DNA of 63,842 nt, the filler included, from Deltaproteobacteria bacterium (GTDB taxonomy: Bacteria > JAUYMQ01): NCBI GenBank assembly GCA_030698575.1. It is 9 parts of 9 records of this genome, joined end to end, with 100 filler letters (N's around TTAATTAATTAA, not from the genome) between each part and the next. Parts side by side here need not be neighbours in the genome. Positions count along the whole stretch, not along the records: positions 17,427 to 24,072 come from JAUYMQ010000643.1; positions 24,173 to 28,234 come from JAUYMQ010000647.1; 7 more parts are not named here. One strand, given 5' to 3'. The position numbers and the translations under genes are program-made. This document shows positions 17,908 to 26,574 of the stretch, piece by piece (within the stretch, counting starts at the first letter, position 1; each line of letters opens with the position of its first letter). Under the pieces are notes generated by a model that had not been told where the DNA came from, did not search any database, and saw nothing but the letters and a program-made list of their open reading frames with translations.

Positions 17908-18764
17908 GGCGTTTCCTTCGTGCCCCTGGTCTTGGGCAGGTCGACGAACTCGCCAGCGCGCTTCTGGGCGTTGGCGGCCATGGCCTCCATGATCTCGTCC
18001 GGCTGAAGCATGCTGGCGTTCCAGACCCCGACGTAGTCGAGCGTGTCGGCGGTCGAGTGATCGCGCGCATAGTTGATCAGGCGCTTGCAACCATAGATCG
18101 CCAGCGGCGCCTTGCGGGCAATCTCTCGCGCGATGCCCATGACCTCCTCCAGCATGGCCTCCTGATCCGGAAAGACCCGGTTCACCAGACCCACCGACTG
18201 AGCCTCGGCGGCGGGCATGCGGCGCCCCGTGTAGGCCAGCTCGCGCGCCACCCCTTCGGGAATGAGCTTCGCTATGCGCGGGAAGGTCCCGACATCCGCC
18301 GTCATGCCGATGTTTATTTCGTAGATGGTCAGGAAAGCGTCCTTCGTGGCGTAGCGCATGTCGCAGGCCGTCACGAGATCGACGCCCCCGCCCACGCAAC
18401 CGCCCTGGATGGCTGCGATCACCGGAAGCCGGCAGGACTCGAGCGAGGAAAAGGTGCGCTGCATGCTCTGCACAATGAGATGGAACTTCGCGCCATGCTG
18501 GAGCCGCGCCTCTCGCTCTGTCGCGGGATCGTCGCTCTGCACGGCCAGGCCGGCAAAAGCGTTCACGTCGAGCCCCGAGGAGAAATGGGGCCCCGTGGAG
18601 GAGATGACGATGACCCGCGCGCGCGCGTTCTCGTCGATATCCTGGACAATGCGCGGCAGCTCGTCCCAGAACTCCGGGATCATGCTGTTGCGCTTCTCGG
18701 GCCGGTTCAGGACGATGTGCGCGATCTTCTCGTCGATGTTCACGTCGAAACAGCGGTAGGTCAT
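17904..18764 (-). CDS. Enoyl-CoA hydratase/isomerase (crotonase family)
   Basis: LNRPEKRNS, HFSSGLD, PVIAAIQGGCVGGGVDL and EINIGMTADVG motifs. Confidence 0.92.
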   Translation of the reverse strand: MTYRCFDVNIDEKIAHIVLNRPEKRNSMIPEFWDELPRIVQDIDENARARVIVISSTGPHFSSGLDVNAFAGLAVQSDDPATEREARLQHGAKFHLIVQSMQRTFSSLESCRLPVIAAIQGGCVGGGVDLVTACDMRYATKDAFLTIYEINIGMTADVGTFPRIAKLIPEGVARELAYTGRRMPAAEAQSVGLVNRVFPDQEAMLEEVMGIAREIARKAPLAIYGCKRLINYARDHSTADTLDYVGVWNASMLQPDEIMEAMAANAQKRAGEFVDLPKTRGTKETP

Positions 18765-18971
18765 TCTCGGTCCTCCTGCGTTGGGCGCGGGATGTCCGTC
18801 GCCGGCCCGCGGCGCGTGAACGGTCCGGGCCGCGATGGTAGCGGGCGTCGGAAAACGGAATTTGGGTCAGGCCAGGGAAAACTTCGCATCGAGCGCGCCC
18901 CGCCCGGGGCCCTTCGCTGCGGAGCTGTCTATTATGACATATACTGCCGGGAAAATTCCGACGGAGGAACC

Positions 18972-19919
18972 ATGCGATTCGACAACCGCGTGACCCGTAT
19001 GCTGGGCGTCGACACCCCGATCGTCCAGGCGCCCATGGGCTGGATTGCGCGATCGCAACTCGCCTCGGCGGTCTCGAATGCCGGCGCCATGGGAATCATC
19101 GAGACCTCTAGCGGCGAGCTGGATGCCATTCGCGGGGAGATCCAGCGGATGCGCGAACTCACGGATCGGCCCTTCGGTGTGAACATCGCCCAGGCATTCG
19201 TGCGCGACCCGGCCATCGTCGACTTCGTCATCGGGCAGGGCGTGCGCTTCGTGACGACCTCCGCCGGAGATCCGACGAAGTACACCCGGCAGCTGAAGGA
19301 TGCCGGGCTCACGGTCTTCCACGTTGTTCCCACCCTCCGCGCCGCCCTGAAGGCCGTCGATGCCGGAGTCGATGGCCTGGTGGTCGAGGGGGGCGAAGGG
19401 GGCGGTTTCAAGAATCCGCGCCCGGTTTCATCCCTCGTGCTTCTGCCGCTTGTCCGCTCGCGTGTCGACGTGCCGATCATTGCGGCGGGAGGCATCTGCG
19501 ACGGCGTCTCGATGGCCGCCGCCTTCGCGCTCGGAGCTGAGGGCGTCCAGATGGGCACGCGCATGGTCTCTGCGTCGGAATCGCCCGTCCACGACGGGTG
19601 GAAGCAGGCCATCGTCGCGGCGGCGGAGACCGGCACCTCTTTTCTGCGCTGCGAAGGGGGGCCGGCCCTGCGCGCGCTTCGTACCGCCCGCACGGATCGG
19701 CTGGAGCGAGGCGAGGGGCATCCCATGATGGATCTGGCCGCGGGTATCCAGCAGGTCTATTTCGGAGGCGATCTGGAAGCGGGCGTGGCGCTTTCGGGCC
19801 AGGTGGCGGGTCGCATCGAAGCGGTGGAGCCCGTGGCCGTGATCATCGAACGAACCGTGCGCGAGTTCTCGGAGACGGTGGAGAATCTCGCCAAGCGCTA
19901 CGCCACCTCGCAGGCGTGA
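18972..19919 (+). CDS. Nitronate monooxygenase / FabK-like flavin oxidoreductase
   Basis: PIVQAPMG, PFGVNI, VVEGGEGGG, PIIAAGGI and GVQMGTR motifs; GGAGG RBS before ATG 18972. Confidence 0.9.
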   Translation: MRFDNRVTRMLGVDTPIVQAPMGWIARSQLASAVSNAGAMGIIETSSGELDAIRGEIQRMRELTDRPFGVNIAQAFVRDPAIVDFVIGQGVRFVTTSAGDPTKYTRQLKDAGLTVFHVVPTLRAALKAVDAGVDGLVVEGGEGGGFKNPRPVSSLVLLPLVRSRVDVPIIAAGGICDGVSMAAAFALGAEGVQMGTRMVSASESPVHDGWKQAIVAAAETGTSFLRCEGGPALRALRTARTDRLERGEGHPMMDLAAGIQQVYFGGDLEAGVALSGQVAGRIEAVEPVAVIIERTVREFSETVENLAKRYATSQA

Positions 19920-19975
19920 ACGCCGCGGCTTCCGTCCTCGCGAGAGATGCAGCCCACCACGTGATCCCCGCTATC

Positions 19976-20200
19976 TGTCATTGCGAGGAGCGAAGCGACG
20001 AAGCAATCCCCCTGGCCAACGCTCCCGTCACAATCCCTGCCAGGTAGAGCACCGGTGCCGAGCGCGAAGGGGATTGCTTCGGCACCCCTGCGGGGTGCCT
20101 CGCAAAGACAAAGGCGTGCAAGTCATTGCGAGGCCCGAGGTCCCACGCGTAGCGTGGGCCGAGAGAATCTCCAAGATGCAGCGACGAAGCAATCCCCCCC
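19976..20200. repeat. Cluster of three REP-like palindromic elements (GTCATTGCGAGGAGCGAAGCGACGAAGCAATC family)
   Basis: Copies at 19976-20012 (+), 20069-20110 (-) and 20122-20200 (+, with an internal insertion), between convergent genes. Confidence 0.85.
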
Positions 20201-20207
20201 GCGCTCG

Positions 20208-21578
20208 CTACTCCGAGCCTTCCAGTCGCCGACTGATCTCCTGCTCGACGCGCCACAGGCGGTCCTGGCCCCAGGTGTGATAGTCGGTCTTGCCGGCGCC
20301 GCCGATGATCCTGAAGCTCGGCACGCCCCACAGCCCCATCTCAAAAAGTGTTTTCCGGTTCTCCTCCAGCTCCTCGCGCCACCCTTCCCGATCGAGATGC
20401 TCGAGGGCTTCGGTCCAGGAGAGGCCCGCCCGCTCGACGATCCGCCGCAGGCCCGCGTCGGTGCCTGTTTCGATCCCCTCGGCGAAGGCCGATCGCGCAA
20501 AGGATTGCAGGAGCTCCGCTGCGCGCCCCCGCTCACGCGCCCAGGCGAAGAGCGAGAAGGCGCGCTCGATGGGGCGCCCCAGGGGATCCGCGATGCGCCC
20601 GAAGGGGACGCAGGCGTCCTCGGCCTCGCGCTTCGTGTCGAGCACGATGTAGATCTGCTTCGCGCGCGGCACCGGCAAACCGCGCATGACCATGGGGAGA
20701 ACCGGCCGGATCACCAGCTCGATCGGATAGCGGCGCGGCAATGCGAAGACCCGCTCCATCGAGATGGCCGTGTAGGGGCTCCGGAGCGAAGGGTAGAATT
20801 CCAGCGTCACCCGTCGATCGGGCAGCTCCGGTTCGACCCCGGGGCGGCCCGCGTGGCGCAAGTCCAGCGTGACGTGAGGCGCGCTCGTCAGATCGGGGCG
20901 GGAGACGATCGGATCGGTTACAGCGCCGGCACGATGCGCGCCGAGCGCGCGCAGGCGGCGCTCGAGGTGCCAGAGGCGGTCGACCCCCCAGTACCACTCG
21001 CCGCCGTAGTAGAACATCGCGCCGAGGTAATGGCCGAGCCGCGCGCGAAGCGCGCTCCCGGCTGCGACCGCCGCCTCTGTCGCCCCGGCGTCGGCCGGCG
21101 CGAAATCTTTGCTGAGCGTCTTGATCGAATCCCGTTCGCCCCGCCAGAGCGCCCTTCCCACAAGGGGCGCGGCGTCGGCGAAGGTTCCCGCCGCGACGGC
21201 GCCCTGGAGCATCCCAGCGGCCAGCGCGACCTCCCCAGGCGCGGGCGCTTCGCTTCGCGCCGGAAACTCGAGCCCGTAGCCCGGCGCCACGTCGGCCGCG
21301 TCCTCGCGCGACAGCGCTTCGAGGCGCGCTCTTTCCGGCGCTGCGTCGTCGGGAGGTGGTCCCGCCAGACAAGGCTCGAGGACGACGTCGTAGCGGTCGA
21401 GGAGGGGGCGGAGCGCCTGGGCCGCCAGGTAGCTGTAGGGGTCGTCAACCTGGTGGAAGTACAGGACGCGATGCGGCTCCCGCCGGAGCAGGCGGCGCTG
21501 CTCGGCGATCCATCGCCTCGCCGCGCGCGTGCGCGGGCTGGTCAGAGCCTGGGTGGCGTAGGGAGCGACCCTGCTCAT
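20208..21578 (-). CDS. Tandem two-domain DsbA-like / 2-hydroxychromene-2-carboxylate isomerase (kappa-GST fold) protein
   Basis: Two repeats: DDPYSYL..WYWGVDRL and RSPYT..GLWGVPSF..WGQDRL. Confidence 0.8.
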   Translation of the reverse strand: MSRVAPYATQALTSPRTRAARRWIAEQRRLLRREPHRVLYFHQVDDPYSYLAAQALRPLLDRYDVVLEPCLAGPPPDDAAPERARLEALSREDAADVAPGYGLEFPARSEAPAPGEVALAAGMLQGAVAAGTFADAAPLVGRALWRGERDSIKTLSKDFAPADAGATEAAVAAGSALRARLGHYLGAMFYYGGEWYWGVDRLWHLERRLRALGAHRAGAVTDPIVSRPDLTSAPHVTLDLRHAGRPGVEPELPDRRVTLEFYPSLRSPYTAISMERVFALPRRYPIELVIRPVLPMVMRGLPVPRAKQIYIVLDTKREAEDACVPFGRIADPLGRPIERAFSLFAWARERGRAAELLQSFARSAFAEGIETGTDAGLRRIVERAGLSWTEALEHLDREGWREELEENRKTLFEMGLWGVPSFRIIGGAGKTDYHTWGQDRLWRVEQEISRRLEGSE

Positions 21579-21637
21579 GGCGCGGCCGGGGGGTGGAGCG
21601 GTTGCCCGGACCGGGGAATGGTCGGCATGGCGCCTCC

Positions 21638-21676
21638 AAATAAGACGAGCCCGCCAGGGATCCCCCGACGGGCTCG
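21638..21676 (-). terminator. Probable intrinsic terminator after the tRNA pair
   Basis: CGAGCCCGTCGG..CTGGCGGGCTCG hairpin followed by TCTTATTT on the minus strand. Confidence 0.6.
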
Positions 21677-21706
21677 CGCTGCGAGGGCAGGCTCGCGGGC
21701 TCTAGA

Positions 21707-21781
21707 TGGTGGTCCCTACGGGAATCGAACCCGTGTTACCGACGTGAGAGGCCGGTGTCCTAACCGCTAGACGAAGGGACC
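21707..21781 (-). tRNA. tRNA-Glu(CTC)
   Basis: GGTCCCT acceptor stem, anticodon arm CCGGC-CT CTC AC-GTCGG, GGTTCGATTCC T-arm and encoded CCA. Confidence 0.97.
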
Positions 21782-21810
21782 GTAACGGCGCGTGCGGTGC
21801 GTAGAATTCT

Positions 21811-21884
21811 TGGTTGGGGGACTAGGATTCGAACCTAGGTTACCGGGGCCAGAACCCGGCGTCCTGCCGCTAGACGATCCCCCA
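21811..21884 (-). tRNA. tRNA-Gln(CTG)
   Basis: TGGGGGA acceptor stem, CCGGG-TT CTG GC-CCCGG anticodon arm, GGTTCGAATCC and encoded CCA. Confidence 0.97.
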
Positions 21885-21895
21885 GCAGAGCGGCA

Positions 21896-21924
21896 TTTAT
21901 AGCAACGCCCGCCCCGCCTGGCAA
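21896..21924 (-). promoter_or_regulatory. Sigma70-like promoter of the tRNA pair (TTGCCA-N17-TATAAA)
   Basis: Correct spacing; the -10 box ends 11 nt upstream of tRNA-Gln. Confidence 0.65.
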
Positions 21925-21969
21925 CCATGGGCGAAAAGGGGGACTGTCCCTTTGCCAATGCGCCGGTGG

Positions 21970-23445
21970 CTACTCTGACTTCGTTTTCCCGGCCGCGCGG
22001 ACATGCTCGAGGGCCCGGCGGATGCGGCTAAGCGTCTTCTCCCGGCCCATGAGCGCGATGACGTCGAAGATTCCCGGGCTCACCTTCTTTCCGACGAGCG
22101 CCGCGCGAATGGGCTGCGCCACCTGCCCGAGCTTCATGCCGTACTGTTTGGCGATTTCGCGCAGAACCGGCTCCATCGCCGGGGGGCGGGTGTCGGTCAT
22201 TCCGGAGATCCTCGCCGCCGCCTCCGCGAGCGGGCCGGTGATCTCCTCGGTGAGCATTCTCTCCGCGGCCGGTTCGTACGTGATCTCGTCCGCGAGGTAG
22301 GGCGCGAGGCTCTCGGCCATCTCGACGAGCGTGCGGCTGCGCTCCTTGTGGGCATCGACCGCGCGCTCGAGCCACTTCTCGTCACGCCCTTCCGGGCTGC
22401 CAATGCGGGGAACGCCTGTCGCTTCCAGAAAGGGGCGGACGAGCGCGGCCATCTCGGCAACAGGCATTTCGCGGAGATGGTGGGCGTTCAGCCAGAGCAG
22501 CTTCTCGGGATTGAAGATCGCAGGGCTTTTCCCGACGTCCCCGAGCCGGAACTTCTCGACGAGCTCTTCCCGCGTGAAGACCTCCTGGTCGCCGGCCGAC
22601 CAACCGAGCCGCGCCAGGTAGTTGTTCATGGCCGCGGGGAGATACCCCTGCTCACGGTAGGACTGGATGCTCGTGGCCCCGTGCCGTTTCGAGAGCCGCC
22701 CCTTGTCGAGACCGTGGATGAGCGGGAGATGCGCGAAGTGGGGGAGGGGAGAATCCATCGCCTGGAGGAGGAGGATCTGCTTGAAGGTGTTCGGGATGTG
22801 ATCGTCGCCCCGGATGACATGGGTAATCGCCATCTCCGCGTCATCCACCGTCACGGAGAGATAGAAGATAGGCGTTCCATCCGTTCTTTGAATGACGAAG
22901 TCATCGATTTCCGCATTCCGTTTGGTCTGCGGCCCCTTGACCAGATCCTCGAATCGCGTCTCGCCTTCCGTTTCGGTCCGGAACCGGACCGCCGCCGGAG
23001 CGCCCGACGGGACGTCCTTCCGATCGCGGCATCGCCCGTCGTAGCCGGGGGGGCGTCCGTCCTTCTTGGCTTCCTCCCGGCGCTGCTTCAGCTCCTCCGG
23101 CGTGCAGACGCATCGGTAGGCGCGCCCACGTCCGAGGAGATCCTCCACTGCCGCGCGGTAGTGGTCCATCCTGCGCGACTGGTAGACAGGCCCCTCGTCC
23201 CAGTCCAGGCCGAGCCACGCGAGTCCATCGACGATTCCGGCGGCGGAATCCTCGGTCGACCGGGACAGATCGGTATCCTCGATCCGGAGCACGAAGACGC
23301 CCCCGTTGTGGCGGGCGAAGATATGGTTGAAGAGCGCCGTCCGGGCGCTCCCCAGGTGCAGGCTTCCCGTTGGACTCGGAGCGAACCGGACGCGGACCTT
23401 CTCAGCCCCGTTCTTTTCTGGCCCAGCCCCGTTTTTTTCTGGCAA
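21970..23445 (-). CDS. gltX: Glutamate-tRNA ligase
   Basis: RFAPSPTGSLHLGS, LRIEDTD, THVIRGDDH and RLSKRHG motifs; anticodon-binding domain present. Confidence 0.97.
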   Translation of the reverse strand: MPEKNGAGPEKNGAEKVRVRFAPSPTGSLHLGSARTALFNHIFARHNGGVFVLRIEDTDLSRSTEDSAAGIVDGLAWLGLDWDEGPVYQSRRMDHYRAAVEDLLGRGRAYRCVCTPEELKQRREEAKKDGRPPGYDGRCRDRKDVPSGAPAAVRFRTETEGETRFEDLVKGPQTKRNAEIDDFVIQRTDGTPIFYLSVTVDDAEMAITHVIRGDDHIPNTFKQILLLQAMDSPLPHFAHLPLIHGLDKGRLSKRHGATSIQSYREQGYLPAAMNNYLARLGWSAGDQEVFTREELVEKFRLGDVGKSPAIFNPEKLLWLNAHHLREMPVAEMAALVRPFLEATGVPRIGSPEGRDEKWLERAVDAHKERSRTLVEMAESLAPYLADEITYEPAAERMLTEEITGPLAEAAARISGMTDTRPPAMEPVLREIAKQYGMKLGQVAQPIRAALVGKKVSPGIFDVIALMGREKTLSRIRRALEHVRAAGKTKSE

Positions 23446-23568
23446 TGATCCCCCCTCTCACGCCAGGCCCCGGGCCGGCGTTCACGATGGAAGCCGCGCC
23501 CCGGGCCGGACCAAGTCGGGCTAGAAGATAGGTAAGGTTCGAACGGCCTTTCAAGGGATTATTTCCCG

Positions 23569-24072
23569 TCAAAGCAGCGCCATTCTCACACCCTCGATCC
23601 CCACGAGCGCGGCAAAGAGCCGCCGGAGCAGCGTCGCGGATGCGACGTTGGCGAGGTTCGCGCCCACGCGGGCCATCAGGATGCTCGTCGGCATGAGGCA
23701 GGCCGCCGCCAGCAGATTCACGTAGCCCCAGGAGTGCGGCGGCAGCACCGCCTCTTGCTGCCCCAGAAGGACGTTCCGGATGGTTCCGTAGATGGCCAGA
23801 AAAACGATGAGGGGGCTCGAGGTCCCGACGGCCTGATGGATGGGAAGCCGGCCCAGGCTGACGAGCAGGGGGACGGCGGCGATTCCGCCTCCCACCCCGA
23901 AGAAGAAGGACACGGCTCCCGAAAGCAGCCCGATCAAGAGAAAGAGGGCCCAGGCAGGCAGGGGCGGTTCGCCAGGGCGGGGCTTCGGGTGGAAAAAGAG
24001 CATCTGGAGGCTCACGACGACGAGCAGCGCGCCGAAGGCGGTGCGAAGGGTGCTCCCGGCCGTTCGCCTGGC
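23569..24072 (-). CDS. TauE/SafE-family sulfite exporter, 5'-truncated
   Basis: FFGVGGG..VPLL, AVGTS and GYVNL motifs; multiple TM segments. Confidence 0.85.
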   Translation of the reverse strand, partial: ARRTAGSTLRTAFGALLVVVSLQMLFFHPKPRPGEPPLPAWALFLLIGLLSGAVSFFFGVGGGIAAVPLLVSLGRLPIHQAVGTSSPLIVFLAIYGTIRNVLLGQQEAVLPPHSWGYVNLLAAACLMPTSILMARVGANLANVASATLLRRLFAALVGIEGVRMALL

Positions 24073-24172
24073 NNNNNNNNNNNNNNNNNNNNNNNNNNNN
24101 NNNNNNNNNNNNNNNNTTAATTAATTAANNNNNNNNNNNNNNNNNNNNNNNNNNNNNNNNNNNNNNNNNNNN

Positions 24173-24359
24173 TGAAGATGGCGATTCTCCCCTCGGCGGG
24201 ATCGGGCATGCGGTCGAAACGAACGCGGATGGGTTCCTTGTTCTCGATCCAGGTTTCGGCGTCGAAGCTGGTCTCGACGACCGTGACCGAGGCAAGCGCC
24301 GGGGAAAAGGAGAGTGCGATGCCCGCGAAGAGGACACCGAGGCGGACCGCAGCTTTCAT
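24173..24359 (-). CDS. Exported hypothetical protein, 3'-truncated
   Basis: MKAAVRLGVLFAGIALSFSPALA signal peptide; frame open to the contig end. Confidence 0.55.
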
Positions 24360-24768
24360 CCACTGGTCCATGGATGGAGCGCTCCGTCCCAGGAGGTTTA
24401 GGGTCGGGAAGTTTATGCAACGATGGCGCGGGAGTGTATCACGGGGGGGCACTGGCGAAGAGAAAAACCCTGCCAAATCGAGCCTTCATCGCCTCCTGGC
24501 AGAGTGCCGACGGCCATTTTGTAGGACTATTCCTACATATCCGAGTGCAGTGCGAACCGTCGCCGCGCCGACGGATTCGGAAACCTGCCCGTCGCGCGCG
24601 GCATCCCACCATCAAGGGTTCGTGGCTCCCGTTACATCGGGCGGCTCCGGCCGGTTGGCTTTTCGGGCGGAATAGCGCTACCTATGCGGAGCCTGGTCGA
24701 TCCCACCGACACCCAACATCCATCATCCGAGACATTCCTGGCGGCTCGCAGCAACGAGGATCTCCTCC

Positions 24769-25434
24769 ATGATAGAGCTTTACACCGCCGCAACCCCGAA
24801 CGGCTGGAAGGTCTCCATCCTTCTCGAGGAGCTGGGCCTGCCGTACACGGTTCGTCCTATCAGCCTTCAGGACGGGCAGCAGCACGAACCCTGGTACGTG
24901 AAGCTCAATCCCAACGGACGCATCCCCACCATCGTTGACAAGGATGCGGGCGACTTCACCGTTTTCGAATCAGGCGCCATCCTCATCTACCTTGCCGACA
25001 AAGCGGGGCGGCTTCTGCCCAGTGATCCGAAGGGACGTTCGGAAGTCATTCAGTGGGTCATGTTCCAGATGGGCGGCATCGGCCCAATGCAGGGGCAGGC
25101 CCACGTGTTCGTGCGGTACGCACCCGAGAAGATCCCCTTCGCAATCGATCGCTACAAGAACGAGACGCTCCGGCTCTACCGCGTGCTCGACAACCGGCTG
25201 GCCGACCGCGATTATCTTTGCGGCGACTATTCCATCGCCGACATAGCCGCCTGGCCCTGGGTGAGGATTCACGGCTGGGCCGAGGTCGAGATCGACAACA
25301 TGCCCCACCTGCAGCGGTGGCTTGATCGCGTCGGCGAACGGCCGGCGGTGCAGAAGGGGGTCGGTGTTCCGGGCGAGGTCGATCCCGAAGCGCAGCGCAA
25401 ATGGATCGAAGCGTTCCGCGCGGGGGTGGTTTGA
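24769..25434 (+). CDS. Glutathione S-transferase, YfcG/Nu class
   Basis: [30 protein letters not shown] and YSIADIA motifs. Confidence 0.93.
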   Translation: MIELYTAATPNGWKVSILLEELGLPYTVRPISLQDGQQHEPWYVKLNPNGRIPTIVDKDAGDFTVFESGAILIYLADKAGRLLPSDPKGRSEVIQWVMFQMGGIGPMQGQAHVFVRYAPEKIPFAIDRYKNETLRLYRVLDNRLADRDYLCGDYSIADIAAWPWVRIHGWAEVEIDNMPHLQRWLDRVGERPAVQKGVGVPGEVDPEAQRKWIEAFRAGVV

Positions 25435-25436
25435 AC

Positions 25437-26483
25437 ATGGCGGCGGCAAGCAGCGCGGCGCATCCCGCGGAAAGGCCGGCGAAGGAGCGGCTCTCGATCG
25501 AGGTCCACTTCGATCCGGGGGAATCGTGGAGCCTTCCCGAAGACGCCCTTCGCGGGCTCTCGGCCCGCCAGAAATACATCCCCTCGAAGTACTTCTACGA
25601 TGAGCGCGGTTCGACGCTCTTCGCCGCCATCTGCGACCTTCCCGAGTACTATCCGACGCGAACTGAACACGCGCTGCTCGATCGCATCGCGCCCGAGATC
25701 ATGGAACGCTCACGGCCCTCCGACCTGGTCGAGCTGGGAAGCGGCGACGCGCGCAAGACGCGGAGCCTGCTCGACGTGGTGGGGCGGAACGGCAAGGGCA
25801 CCCGGTACGTTCCGTTCGACGTGAGTGAATCGATGCTGCGCGACACCGCGAGTAGCCTGCTCGACGAATATCCCTGGCTTCGGGTTCACGGCGTGGTGGG
25901 CGACTACGAGTGTCACCTGGCCGAAATTCCCCGGGGCGAAAGGAAACTGGTCGCCTTCCTGGGAAGCACCATCGGCAACTTCGATACGGATCGCAGCCGC
26001 AAATTCATGCGGGATCTTTCATCCCGGCTGGCGCCGGGCGATCACTTCCTCCTTGGAACCGATCTGGTGAAGCCCAGGGCCGTGCTCGAGGCTGCCTACA
26101 ACGACACGGCGGGCGTGACCGCCGAATTCAATCTGAACGTCCTGAACGTCCTCAACCGTGAGTTGAACGCAGACTTCGACCTCGACGCTTTCGAGCACAT
26201 CGCCTTCTGGCGCTCGCGTGAATCGCAGATCGAGATGCACCTGCGGGCGAAGAGCTCGTTGCGCGTGCGCGTGGGCAAGCTGGGGCGGACCTTCGAGTTC
26301 CTGCGCGGGGAGAGCATCCTCACCGAGATCAGCCGGAAGTACACGTGCAAATCGGTCTCGCGGCTCCTCCGGGGCGCCGGGCTCAGCCCTACCGGCTGGT
26401 TCCCGTCTCCCGACGGCAACTTCGCCCTTTCGCTCTCGACCCCCTCCCAGCTAAAATTCCCGGGGTCAGGTCTTAAATTTTAG
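25437..26483 (+). CDS. egtD: L-histidine N-alpha-methyltransferase
   Basis: PSKYFYDERGS, LPEYYPTRTE, VELGSG, FLGSTIGN, AYNDTAGVTAEFNLN and TEISRKY motifs. Confidence 0.92.
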   Translation: MAAASSAAHPAERPAKERLSIEVHFDPGESWSLPEDALRGLSARQKYIPSKYFYDERGSTLFAAICDLPEYYPTRTEHALLDRIAPEIMERSRPSDLVELGSGDARKTRSLLDVVGRNGKGTRYVPFDVSESMLRDTASSLLDEYPWLRVHGVVGDYECHLAEIPRGERKLVAFLGSTIGNFDTDRSRKFMRDLSSRLAPGDHFLLGTDLVKPRAVLEAAYNDTAGVTAEFNLNVLNVLNRELNADFDLDAFEHIAFWRSRESQIEMHLRAKSSLRVRVGKLGRTFEFLRGESILTEISRKYTCKSVSRLLRGAGLSPTGWFPSPDGNFALSLSTPSQLKFPGSGLKF

Positions 26484-26563
26484 TCGATGAAGCTCTTGAG
26501 CCCATGTTTCCGGCCGATCAGTCCACGCAGCTAAAGTTTTAGACCTGACCCCAATATTTTAGC
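26450..26563. repeat. GGGGTCAGGTCT-type REP inverted-repeat pair
   Basis: Arms 26450-26483 and 26531-26563 are near-complementary. Confidence 0.8.
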
Positions 26564-26574
26564 GGGAGGGAGCA

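Noticed and set aside
21707-21884. tRNA as an integration site
   Set aside because: No integrase or duplicated tRNA 3' end on this contig.
23403-23442. PEKNGA duplication at the GltX N-terminus
   Set aside because: Short local duplication in a non-conserved leader; likely neutral.
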